From Octopus sinensis (lineage: Eukaryota): a DNA stretch of 64,000 nt. Below are positions 42,401 to 56,300 of this stretch, one piece after another. A model generated the notes under the pieces. The model saw only the letters and a program-made list of their open reading frames with translations, made no database searches and had not been told where the DNA came from. Numbering within the stretch: the first letter of the stretch is position 1; the number at the start of each line of letters is the position of its first letter. The position numbers and the translations under genes were made by a program. The DNA lies in assembly GCF_006345805.1 (NCBI RefSeq), contig NC_043010.1, forward strand, positions 35,898,001 to 35,962,000, written 5' to 3'.

Positions 42401-45302
42401 TTCTCTTGATAAGAAGAAATGTCAAATATATATCTAGTTATCTTCATGTGCATCTCTGAGTGCACCAATATTTTATATTTGAAAAAAACACTTGACAATT
42501 ATGAAGTAGCCCCAGTGCTTACTGTAGTGGAACCATTCCATAATACCTATTTATAAACTTTGGGTAACACAATATAAGTGATAGGCATTTTGTTTGTTTT
42601 GCTTTTCTCTTGCTATATAAAGCTGCCTAGTCTCCTTCAAGGTCTGTAATCTGCAACATGATTTTTAACTCAATACTATGAACCAACATGAGACTCTTTA
42701 TGTACAAGAAATAAAAATATAATACCCTTACATATATAGTATATAGACATAGATGTAAAATCTGCTCCTACACCTGCACTTTACCTTTTTCTTTAAATGC
42801 ACACATTTTGGTGTTAATGTTAGAGAGAAAAAAATAATCAATACATAGTTTATTTTTCTATACAATGGTAAAGCTCAATTTGTTACTCTGAGTTTACTGG
42901 CATTTGGAATGAAGTTTTCTTTTCAGTAAAATGAATGGCTACATGCAAGCAAGCATGAATGTGTGTATGTGCATGTGTTGTATATATGTGCATATATATG
43001 CATTGCATGTATGTGTGTAACTTCATTTGAGGTGTTAGTGTATAAGCTTAAAGTGAAACAATCTCACCAACCACACACAAGTACGCCCGGTCATTAGCAT
43101 TCTATGCATTAATAATAAACGATTTACTAATTTAATTAATTGATGGCCAAATAATTGATCATTAACATTTTAATTATTTTGTTTAAACAAGATTAATTCT
43201 TTCCAATTAAAATTTATTCTTCTCATTAATATGTGAATTCGTTTCTATTTTAATTAGTTAAAAATATATTTTATAAGGACCGGTATAAATAAAATATATA
43301 AAATGTGTTGAAAAAAAGAAAAGGGAATTTTATATCATAAAGGGTGAGCATAGGCATAGAAACAGATCACGCTTAAAACTATAACTGTAAATGCAAAAGC
43401 CCCATAATGCATCATATATAATATAATAAAAAATATATATTTCATTTTGTAAAAATATACAAAGAAATTTGTGGGTAAAATCCTGCAAATTTCAATTAAT
43501 ATAGAATTAATGAATGATCACATGATCAAAACAGTTCTGGAATGCGCAACTTTATATGTCAGTACTTTTTAATTGTAGAATATGGTCTTTGGAGAGCTCA
43601 ACACTATCCTAACTCTGGGATAATCTTGAATTTTCCATATTGATTAGCCAGTTTTTAATTGAACCAAATCACACTCTAAACCTCATTACTGGTGTTTTAA
43701 TAAATGGGTTAGAGTTTTGCTTCAAGTTAACATTTGTCTTAAAAAGAAAAAAAAATTCCAGCTCACCTAGTGAGGGTTTCAGTGGATAGTTTTCCAATTG
43801 TCTTATATGTTCTATAAAGAACTGGCTGTTGTTTCCGATGTGGTTTTAAGATTTCAAATTTTTGTTGCGTTTTGCAACCTTTTCAATAGTCTTGACTTTA
43901 GGAAAATAAAAATAAGAAATAAGCAGAAATTTTAGCGGTGAGTGTGTTACATTATAAAGCACAAAAAAAATTACTCTCCCCAGACACAACAGTCATAAAA
44001 TTGTTAAAATTTATAATTCAGGCAAAAGTTAGAGATTAACAATCAGCTGTTACAGCTTAACATATTATCTCCAAAACAGGTATTTTCACTTTCTTCAATC
44101 CATTAAGCAAAATGTAGAGAATGCCACCAAAAGACAAAGGCGGTTCTTTTTCAGAATGTCAAATAGTTTAAGGAAGTTCCTATTCCTGAGACTCTTGAAA
44201 CATTGGAGGAAGGCAAAGCAGAAAAGGAAAAACAGACTTGTAGAACAGCACCAGTGTTCCTGTACATTTTCTTGATGCATATGAGCATCTTCCAACAGGG
44301 TGAGAAGTAAAAGAATAGTGTAACCATGGGTTTTCCACTAGCAACAATCATCCCTAACAAGAAAAACTGGTGAGGGTCGGAGACAGGAAGAACATCCAGC
44401 CATAAAATTCCGCCTCAAATAATTTCTATCTAAATCCATGCTAGCATAGAAAAATGGATGTTAAACAAATGAACAAACACACACACCTACACACACACAC
44501 ATGCATACATAAATACATATTTTTTTATAATTACTAATCAGCAAAAGTTACTGGGTGACTCAAAGACCAATGCACGAAACACTTTGCCCTTGAGTCACTC
44601 AGTAACTTCTGAATAACAGAAAATATATATATTCATGTTTTGAGTTCAAATTTGCTGTATTTCAAAATACTCAGCAATTGATTGTCAGATGAACTTCTAC
44701 CATAATCATTTATGCTCCAATTAAATCAAAAACTTTCTTTTATTAGTATTCATTGTACATGCAAACATTTTCTCAATATATATATATCAGAATGTTCGGT
44801 GGTGCTGTTCAAAAATATGGATCAACCCTTGTTGAATTCTTTCTCACATTAATGTAGATAGTCAATCTTTTGCTTTTTTTATTTTTAATTGAACTTTTAC
44901 ATTTTGTATGTAGATATAACATATTTCAAGTCATATTTCTCAGCTTGGGAATTAAAAAATGGGAACATCAGTTGCAATTTGCTTTAAACAGATTTAACCT
45001 TAGAAAAATAAAACTCAGAATAACAAAAATATAGAGAGAACTGAATTCCCCAATTAATAATAACTTAATCATTTTTAATAAGTAGAAGAGAAACATCTAA
45101 ATATAAAATACATACGTACATACACACACAGATTATATACACACACACATACAAATATTTGTATATGTATATATGTTTATGTATGTTTATATACATACAT
45201 TCAAATATATATATATCAATGTTTACTTATTTATATTAATGTTTGTATATATATGTGTGTGTGTGTGTGTTTAAATGTTTATATATGTGTGTATATATAA
45301 AT

Positions 45303-45358
<56 letters not shown>

Positions 45359-45509
45359 TTTCATATATGTATTTTTAATATGTGTCTGTGTTTATAGATA
45401 TGCATGCATGTGTGTACGTGTAAATACATACACACATGTATGCATTTATATATATGCAATCATAAGCATATACTAAATATGTGTGTATTCTATGTGTGTA
45501 TATATAGTG

Positions 45510-45542
<33 letters not shown>

Positions 45543-45685
45543 CTGAGCACTTGTATATGTGAGAAATTATACATAATCATGTACATATGCTGACATGCAC
45601 ATATATGAAAGTAATATTTGAAGTTGAGTGTATTTTAAGTGTATGTATATACCCATTTGCAAACCTGTGTGTATATCAAAAGCTC

Positions 45686-45892
45686 TCACATATTTCGGAA
45701 CCCAACCAAGTGACTATTTTCCTTAGCAACACCATTTGATTTCGATTGACTGCTCAATGTCTTCTGTGAGAAGATTTCTGAAATCTGTTGAAACGTCTTG
45801 TCTTTTGTCTCTGGCAGAAACATGTAGGTGAAAATCCAAAACAGCAGAAGCAGAATGGTAAACGGTAAGAAGGATAGGTGCTTCAGTCCTTT
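45686..45892 (-). CDS. GLUT last coding exon (207 bp): [11 protein letters not shown]...[15 protein letters not shown]...GFRNM*
   Basis: Not in the ORF track; ATTTCAG acceptor, TM12, PETK motif, TGA at 45688-45686. Confidence 0.93.
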   Translation of the reverse strand, partial: KGLKHLSFLPFTILLLLFWIFTYMFLPETKDKTFQQISEIFSQKTLSSQSKSNGVAKENSHLVGFRNM

Positions 45893-48255
45893 CTGAAATC
45901 ATAAACAGATAAATATTAAAGTAGTAATACCAGCACAGTACATGAATGAATGAAAATTGACTGGCTGTGAGGACATGTGTTGAAATTCTATCATTTACAT
46001 CATGGAAGAATGAGAATTGCTTAAGTATATATGCACTGGCTATGTGAAGATGTATGGCTTAGTGGTTAGGGTGATCAGCTCACAGATGTAAAGCTGTGAG
46101 TTCAATTCCTGGTGGTACATTGTGTCCTTGAGGCCAGACACTTTATTTCATGTTGCTCCAGTCTACTCAGCTGGCAAAAATGAGTTATACCTGTATTTCA
46201 AAAGGGCCAGCCTTGTCACATTCTGTGTCATGCTGAATCTCTCAGAGAACTATGTCTGTGGAGTACTCAGCCACATGCATGTTAATTTTCCAAGCAGATT
46301 GTTCCATTAATCAGATCAACTGGAACCCTTATCATTGATGATGGGTGACTCCTATACTCATTCACTGATGATGGATGGCTCTTGGAATACACCTAGTTAG
46401 ATTGTCTTTGGAGTCAACGGTTAAGAAATCAGAGACTAGCCAACGGAGATTGGTTACTATTTATAGCTTGATAAATTAATGAATAAATAAATATAGAGCA
46501 CTACAATGGTACAATTACAAATTCAAAGGAGAAAAAAGTGTGCCAGCACTAGCACTAATTCTTAGCAGAGTAAATGAACTGAAGCAATGAAAACTGAAGT
46601 GTCTTGCTCAAGGACACAATGCACCACCCAGTCTAGGACCTAAACCCATGATAGTGATGACGACGACGGCGACGAACACCTTGATGCAGTAGCAGGCAGT
46701 ACCTCTCATGGCTTCTGATCTTAACTGATTGGAAGTATTATCATGTACATTGTTTTGTCTTGGTATAAGATGGGCAACAGCAAATACTCTACTCAATACC
46801 ACAGATTTGCTTGTCAGTTGTTTGACCTTAACCAGTTGAGAATGTCCCTTAGTGGCTGACGATATGTGCATCTCTGATCACGAGCAGAAGTAGTGGGGGA
46901 GCATCATAGCCATGTGCCGAGAGGAATTATTTGGGGTTTGGATAATTCATTTTTGGAAACATGGGTGTTTTGTTCATCATCCTTAAACAACCCTTATTCA
47001 GGGACCTTTTGAGCAGGATGGGCTACTCGACCTGAAGAAAATTCTAACTGGGCCCCACCTTCAAGGTCATGCACTGCTTATCTTGATATGAGATCACCAT
47101 GTCGCATACATATGGTTGTGATGTATGTGCCTGGTGTACCCTTATCAGACAGGTACTCATGATGGGTATACTGGGCTTTGTATATTTTACCCAGTGTCAC
47201 TTTGATAGCATGCACTGCTCCCTCACTCAATAATAATAATAATAATAGTGGTTTCAAATTTTGGCTCAAGGCCAACAAGTTCAGGGATGGATTATATTGA
47301 TTACACCAACCTCAGTGCTCAACTAGTACTTATTTTATCAACCCCAAAAGGATGAAAGGCAAAGATGACCTCAGCAGAATTTACTACTACGACTACTACT
47401 ACTACCACCACCACTATTAAAGCCAGAAATTTGTAGAGATTGGTACATTGCATTCCATTCTTTTAGTTATTTAGAAGAAATTTAACTCAAATTAACTCAA
47501 ATTTAACTCAAAAACAAAAGTGAGAGTAAAAAACTTTTTTTTTTTCAAGAAATTTAGTCACAATTTCCATCACTACTGCCACTCTAAAACACAAAGTGTA
47601 GAAAGGAAAGGAAAAGGATACAATTTTATGTTATAGTTTTTCAACTTGGAAAACCCACCGCATCTTGAGATAAGGGGAGATAAATCTTACCTCGACATAA
47701 GGGAAAGTAAATGCATTGAGGAAGTTGCTTAACCAGTTGATCATCACACAGACACTCATGGCAGAGGATCGAGCTCCTTGTGAAAAGAGTTCAGCCACAA
47801 TCAACCAGGGTATGGAACCTAGAAATGAAAGAGATACAACACAGATGTAGAGGGATAAAAGTGAAATAACAGATAGAATGAGATAGAAAGAGAGAGAGAG
47901 AGAGAAAGAGAATGGCATGCATGCATGTATACATACATTCACACATATATATATATACATACATACACATATATATATACATATATACACACATACATAT
48001 ATATACATACACACACACATATATATACATACACACACACATATATATACATACACACATATACATACACACACACATGCATATACATACACACACATAT
48101 ATATATACATACACACATATATACATACACACATATACATACACACACACATGCATATACATACACACACACATATATATACATACACACATATATACAT
48201 ACACACATATACATACACACACACATGCATAATACATACACACACACGTGCATAT

Positions 48256-48300
<45 letters not shown>

Positions 48301-49581
48301 TTGATTCTCTCTCTGAAGAATTTCTAACATGAAATGTCTTACATGTTTGTCCAACATGTACAGCTTTCTAATTCCTATTAGCAAACGAAACACATATGAT
48401 ACTGAATAAATAATAGCAAAAATTTTTCCCCAGTTTTCTTACATAATAACTTTGCAAACCAATAATTCCAGAATAAATGTAAGTAGACTACAGATCTCAG
48501 GTAAATCCTCATGCATGACAGGTAAATCCAAATAAACTTTGACAGAATGTCTTTATTATATATTTACTAGGTTTTCGATGAGGTGTTGTGATTTATATGA
48601 AAAATAAATTTTTACAATCTGCCTATCAGTATTGAGTGCTCTTTCTGGTGTTAGTTGACACTAGTGTAATATGTGCATGTGTGTGTGTGTGTATCATCAT
48701 CATCATTATCATTGATGTTTTTTGAAGTTCACTTTAACATGTTTGCATGAATTGGATAGAATTCACTGAAGTAGATTTTCTTATTTCTTTATTGCCCACA
48801 AGGGGCTAAACATAGAGGGGCCAAACAAGGACAGACAAAGGGATTAAGTCGATTACAGTGACCCCAGTGCATAACTGGTACATAATTTATCGACCCCGAA
48901 AGGATATAAGGTAAAGTCGATCTCAGTGGAATTTGAACTCAGAACATAATGACAGACGAAATACTGCTAAGCACTTCGCCCAGCGTGCTAACGTTTCTGC
49001 CAGAAATAAGTGTGAACCGATTACACCTAAGCATTAGGTGACATACTTCATATGGTTCTGGGGATAAAGGTTTAGGTGAAGTGTTTAGTGCAGAGTTTGA
49101 TGATTTGCAAAGAGTCATATCAGAGGAGGTGACAAGGGGTTACAGGGTGGTACTTTTGAGTCTGCTGTATAAGCCTGTATAGGCTTGGGGCCCAGAGGAA
49201 CTCAAAGGCTGCCCCAGGTATCACACACTTTAGGTATGCTAGTAGAGAGAGAAAGAGAAAGAGTGAGAGAGAGAAAGTAAGATAGAGAAAGAGAGTGAGA
49301 AAGAGAGAGGGAGAAAGGGTGAGAAAGAAAGAGATAGAAAGAGAGGAGAAAGAGAGAGAAAGAGAGAAAGAAAAAGAGAAAGAAAGAGAGAAAGAAATAG
49401 AGAAAGAAAGAGAGAAAGAAATAGAGAGAGACAGAAAGAAAGAAAAAGAGAAAAAGAGAGAGAGAAAGAGATAGAAAGAAAAAGAGAAAGCAAGAGAGAA
49501 AGAGAGAGAGAGTGAGAACACAGCACATTGATGCATCAAGAGTAAAGGGTTGCCAGTGAGTCAGATGGTCTTGTGTTGTGA

Positions 49582-49620
<39 letters not shown>

Positions 49621-50258
49621 AGTCCAACTTACCAGGTCCAATAGAGAAAAATCCCACAAAAAGGATTACAATAACGATACTAACAACCTGCATTGCATCA
49701 TAAGTGTCCTGTGGAAAGCAAAATGTGATTGAAGGCGTTTGTTAGGGACAACAACAATAACAACGAGAAGAACATGAAACTAATCTGAGACAGAGAAACC
49801 AAATCCCTTTCATGCAGGATTTGTTCTTTTACTCTTTTGGCTGTGGCCATGCTGGAGCATCACCTTAAAGAGTTTTAGTCGAAGACATTGACCCCCTCCC
49901 CACAGGACTTATTCTTTGTAAGCCTAGTACTTATTCTATTGGTCTCTGTTGCCGAACCGCTAAGTTACAGGGACATAAACACACAAACATCGGTGGTCAA
50001 GAGTTTGTAATGGTGATGGTGGTGGTGGTGGGGGGAATAAACACAGACACAAAGAGAAACATACACATGACTGAATGAACCCCATTACTTATTATTTCTT
50101 TGTAAAGCCTGGTATTTATTTTATCAGTTTCTATTAACAAACTGCTAAGTTATGGGGATGTAAGCACACCAATACAGATTGTCAAGCAGTGGAGAGGGAC
50201 AAAACCATACACAAACTATGTGCACACACATACACACACAGACACACACACACAAACA

Positions 50259-50300
<42 letters not shown>

Positions 50301-52047
50301 CAGGCTTCTTTCAGTTTCTTCCTATGGCATCCACTCACAAAGCTTTAGTCAGCCTGAGGCTATAGCAGAAAGCACTTGCCCAAGGTACCATGCAGTGGAA
50401 CTGAACCTGGAACCAAGTGGTTGGGAAGCAAACTTCTTGCCACAGTCACACCTGTGTCTATAGAATGTATAGAATAAATTCAAATTGTGCAATGGAAACA
50501 CCTCTCTAATGTAAACGTTATCAATACATATGATAATGATTGAAAACAAAACATATAAGACCGTTTTTTATTCAAATGTATAAATTTGCAAAACCAGCCA
50601 ACCCACATAGTACTATAATAAAAGACAACAAGGATTAACAATAGAAAATATTGTTAATATGATAGATGTTAAGTCTTTAAAAATTTTTTAATAGAAAAAC
50701 TAAACAAATCCCAGTGCATTTTCAATTTCCCCGATATATATACATGTCTATAAATAAATAATTAAATATATATATATATAATATATATATATAATATATA
50801 TATATAGGGTTGGCCAAAAGTCACCCAAGAGTAAATCAAAGTTCCATAAATACTATCTGTAATTCTGTAGTGACTCAAATCGAAAAATGTGTCGTTCAAG
50901 AAGGACTTCAGTTTGAACAATTTTCATGATGTTTCGTATTTAGATGCTTTTATTAAATTCATTCAGTTGTTAAACATAAATAAATCTTGGAATTAAATGG
51001 CTTTGATTTACTGTCAGGTGACTTTTGGCCAACCCTGTGGTGATAATCAGTGGTGATTCTGGCACATAGGCTTTTCAGGCTTAGTCCAAATATAAATTTA
51101 GTAGAGTGAATGTGTATTTGCAAGCTGATTTAATTTCTGCTAACACTGACTTCAAGTATATAATTGCAGCCAATAACTCAGACTCCTTTTATTGAGCCTG
51201 GTTGCAGTTCATTTATTTTCACTCAGCATCTGGCAGTTGTCTTAGAGGTGCCCTGTAGCAAAAGGTATCATTTGTAGCAGACATTCTCTCGGCATCGTTC
51301 ACAGGCTCAGAAGTTACAGCCAAAGTTGTTATTTATAATCATAAAAATTAAAAGTAATTCAAATCCAAAGTTTGCTTGAAGCAATAAATTTCTCTAGAGA
51401 TCAGGATTTAAATTCCAGTTTCCATTCTACAATATTCTTAAAGGAATGAAAAATTATACAGAAAAATTATCTGGCTAATACGAACAAGCCTGGTAGGTGT
51501 AAAAGACTAACTGACATCTCATGTCAAAAGTACAGGCGACAGTCAGATCACTGATGTTTGCTGTGCACTCTGCTGTCATTATTTGACTGCTGTTATTCTG
51601 TGTGCCTGTGTGTAAAGATCATTTGTGTTTTGCAGGGTCACTTTATTTTTACCCTTAACTTAGAAATGAAGAGAGACATAAGGCAAGATATAAAAAAAAT
51701 AAGCCATTTGGGGCTAGAAATAAAGTGGGGAAAACGTGAAATTCTTTGAGCAAGCATGAGTCTTACATGAAATCTGTGATGAGCTCAAGTGACACTCATG
51801 ACCAAGAATCACCTCTGCTATATATATATATATATATATAATATATATATATATATCATCGTTTAGAGTTCGCTTTCCATGCTAGCATGGGTTGGACAGT
51901 TCAACTGGGGTCTGGGAAGCCAGAAGGCTGCACCAGGCCCAGTCTGATCTGGCAATGTTTCTATGGCTGGATGCCCTTCCTAACGCCAACCACTCCATGA
52001 GTGTAGTGGGTGCTTTTTACGTACCACCGGCACAGTGTGTGTGTGTG

Positions 52048-52102
<55 letters not shown>

Positions 52103-52291
52103 TCGTTTAGAGTTCGCTTTCCATGCTAGCATGGGTTGGACAGTTCAACTGGGGTCTGGGAAGCCAGAAGGCTGCACCAGGCCCAGTCTGATCTGGCAAT
52201 GTTTCTATGGCTGGATGCCCTTCCTAACGCCAACCACTCCATGAGTGTAGTGGGTGCTTTTTACGTACCACCGGCACAGTGTGTGTGTGTG

Positions 52292-52336
<45 letters not shown>

Positions 52337-53312
52337 GAAAATGGAGAATTAAAAATGCGGATAACAAAATTATCAAGAAGGAAAACTCACAGAAAGCACC
52401 AGAGAGATGTTCAAGAAAATGCTGAGTATAAACATCCCCATTAAACCAATGAGGTGTAGTGCACGACGGCCAGTCGATTCCATAAGAGGGATGCTGATGA
52501 AGGTCATCACTACCAGAACGGCTCCAATAGAACTGTCGGCATGGTTGGCTGTGTTGTCACTCATTCCGGTCATGGTGAACAGTGAATGAGAATAATACAA
52601 GACCTGTGGATGATGATGGTAGTGATGATGATGGTAATGATGGTGTGACATTGATGGAGGTGACATAGATGTGTGGTGGTGGCAGTGGTGGTAGTAGTAG
52701 TGGCAGTGGTGGTGGTGAGGAGATATAAGATGTAGGATAGTTGTGACAGATTAGGAGGGATGGTCGTGGTGTGGTGGTATGGTGGTGGAAGTGATTTTGT
52801 TGTTGGTGGTGATAGTGTAGGTGGTAGTGGTGATCAAGGTAGTAGTTGTGGAAGAAGTGATTGAGATGTTGGTGGTGGAGGTGGTAGTGGTGGTCAGGGT
52901 GGTGTGGAAGTGATTGAGTTATTGTTGTTGATGTTGATGGTGGTGGTGATGAAGAAATGATGCAAAGAGAAAAATAAAATAAAATTTAAATAAATATTTT
53001 TTCTAAAAACAATAAGACAAAGAGAAGGGAGAGGAGAGAGGGAGGGAGGGAGAGTGTGTGTAAGACAAAAGTATTTATAATCTATTGGATTATATAACAA
53101 CACTGTAAGACTGTCTAAATGTAGATAAACAGAAATATTCAACTATCTACCAATATTGTTTGATTACAAAAGCATATATATATATATACACATATATACA
53201 GGGTGGCCCAAAAGTCACAGAGGAGTCTAAAGTTTAATAAATTTGTTTTAATTATATTTTTTTGTTTGTAATCCACAAAATGTGACTCTTCACTCCTAAT
53301 GTGTACACACAC

Positions 53313-53352
<40 letters not shown>

Positions 53353-56300
53353 TAATCCAAACATGAAAACACAAAGAGAAAACACAACACGAGGACGTGG
53401 AACAAATATAGTATTATTGGATGCTCAGGAAGGAAGGGAAGAAGGAGGGTTTTACGTTTCGAGCGGAGCTCTTCGTCAGAAACATAGGAAAAGGAAAGAT
53501 CCAGAGAAGGGAAGACAGAGGAAAAAAAAAAATCGCCAACGGTACACACGCGGTCACATTTTGAATGCTATATATATATATATACACACAGTGTGTAGTG
53601 CTAAGTTATTGAAAATTTAAAACAACATAAATGAATTATTAACACCTTTGTGACTTTTGGGCCACTCTATATAAATTGTTAATACTAAAGGGGGAAAAAA
53701 ACAAATCAAAATACGAGTGTGTATATAGTATAAGATATATGAACTCTGTGTGTGTGTACATGTGTGGGGGGGGTATGTTTATACACACACATGAAAGGTC
53801 CTTAATTTGAAACCAGTTTGACAAGTGTCCATGCTTGAAATTCTTGGCCCTTGAGTCATTTTGTAATTTCTGACAATTAAAAATGATAGAACATACAAAG
53901 TGAAGTTTCCCTCTATTAAATCCACTCACAAGATTTTGGTTGGACCAAGGCTATAGCAGAAAACACTTGCCCAAGGTGCCATGCAGTAGGACTGAACTCG
54001 GAACCATGTGGTTGAGAAGCAAACTTCTTGCCACACAACCACATCTGCACACACACACACACGCACACACACACACACACAATGAGATTCTTTTGATTTC
54101 TGGGATCTTTTCCTTTTGAACGGCACTTTGTAACATAATTTCTAGGTAACTAAAAAGTTTTAAACTTCGTATACTGGTAGAATGTGTTTATAAAACATCA
54201 TTTTCTCTTGGCTTTATTGAGAAAATTCTATAGTTTGTAAGATATTTCGTCTGAAATTACTTGCATTTTAGCAATTTTAACCAATCACTGGAGTCCATTT
54301 AGGTAAATAACATTCTGTGCATAATGAATATGTCCCTCCTTTAAGAAACAGATTGGGTTTATTTACATTTGTGAAGAAAAAAGATACCCTTCCCCCACTT
54401 TTTAGTTACCTAGAAATTATGTTACAAAGTGCCGTTCAAAAGGAAAAGGTCCGATTTCAGTCCAATTCTGCTCAAAAGGCTTTGGTCAGCCTGGTGCTAT
54501 AGTAAGAAGATACTTGCTCAAGATGCCTGCCTTAAAGCAGAACTGAAACCAAGACAGCATGACTGAGAAGCAAGCTTCTTAACGACAGGGCTACATGAAA
54601 AACTATTAATGAAAACATGGTGATCTACCATGTCTTCATGGTATATCTACCAGGTGATATACCAAGGATATCTACCAGGTGATATCCACTTGGTAAATAT
54701 CCAGAGAAAGCTATGATAGGTGGGGTGGAGGTGGATTGATAAATAAATTTAAGTTTTTGGTTGAACAAAATATCTTCTTGTACTGAGTTATGTTCCTTCC
54801 TGTTCTAGGCTTAATAACTACAGTGGCAAACACCCACTAAAATTCAAACAAGATTCTGATAATGAATGCACCTCCCTATACACACACACACGTGCACTTA
54901 CAAACCCTACACAAAATACACACAGAACACAGAAGATTAAGCTGTCTACTTACGGCAAGAATCCCACTGCACTGTTGAGAGAGTTGCATCACCATTCCAA
55001 TAACGAGTGGCCTACGGAGTTCTGACTTGAACATGAGCTCCCAGATACTGATCTTAGGAAGGAAAGACAGATAGAGAGAAGCAGTGAGTGAGTGAGTGGG
55101 TGAGTGAGTGAGTGGGTGAGTGAGTGAGTGGGTGGGTAGGTGAGAGGGTGAGTGATTGGGTGAGTGATTGGGTGAGTGATTGGGTGAGTGATTGGGTGAG
55201 TGAGTGAGTGGGTGAGTGAGTGAGTGGGTGAGTGAGTGAGTGGGTGGGTAGGTGAGAGGGTGAGTGATTGGGTGAGTGATTGGGTGAATGAGTGGGTGGG
55301 TCTGAGTGAGTGAGTAAGGAGTGACTGAGTGAGTAGTGAGTGAGATAGTTTTATATGCATGTGTGTGAATATGTATGTACTGACATGTGTATAATGCATG
55401 TGTGTGAGTAACATGTGAAGTGGTGATGCAGATGTGCGTGTGTGTTAGAATGGATTGATGGCTAGAAATGGAATGAAGTGCATGCACATGTGTACATGCA
55501 TTAGTGTGTTATAAATAATTATATACAAAAACATTTAAGCATAAACTGAAAAAGCACCAAATATTTATATGCAGAATATTATATATTTGTTCTTATAAAG
55601 AAAAGGTTAGCAGTGAGACATCCACTCTTTCATCAATCTTGCATGTTACCTTCTTTACTTTGTCCCTTCCTACACCAAAGAGGGTCCAGGGGACACCCTA
55701 GGAGTTGGCAAGAAATTACAGGGTGTCGATGATAGCCAAGGGCCGAATGGGGGTTGATGAGCGAAAGACCAGCTCACCCAGATGAACTGCTTGAAATACT
55801 TGGTCAGCGCCATGCTCATCCCTCACATTGGTGTTGTCAATTTCAATAAAAGATATTCCAGCAATATGATGTACGAGTGTTCAGCTTCTGCTGAACAACC
55901 TGCACAAAACGATGGGTGCTATTTACATGCCACTGGCATGGGTGCCAGTCAGGTGGCACTAGCATTAACCATGCTCAAATGGAGCTTTTAACATGTCACC
56001 AGCACAGGAGCTAGTCAGGCAGCACTGGCATCGACCACACACATCAAAGCACCAAGCACACTCTGTAAAGTGGTAGGCATTAGGAAGGGCATCCAGCCAT
56101 AGAAACCATGCCAAATCAGACTGGAGTCTAGTGCAGTCCCCCAGCTTGCCAGCTCTGGTCACACCATCCAACCCATGCCAGCATAGACAACGGATATTAA
56201 ATGATAATGATGATGATGATGACACACACATACATACCTTGGGCTCTGATTCACACATCCTTTGTTCATGTTTCATGTCTTCAATATCCAACTCCACATC

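Larger units (their letters stand above)
53199..53669. mobile_element. Related Tc1/mariner-type MITE hosting a nested repeat
   Basis: TIR CAGGGTGGCCCAAAAGTCACA, 19/21 match. Confidence 0.8.

Noticed and set aside
42100-45685. SINE-poor AT-rich stretch downstream of the GLUT stop as a long 3'UTR
   Set aside because: Plausible, but several AATAAA candidates exist and the end cannot be defined without transcript data.
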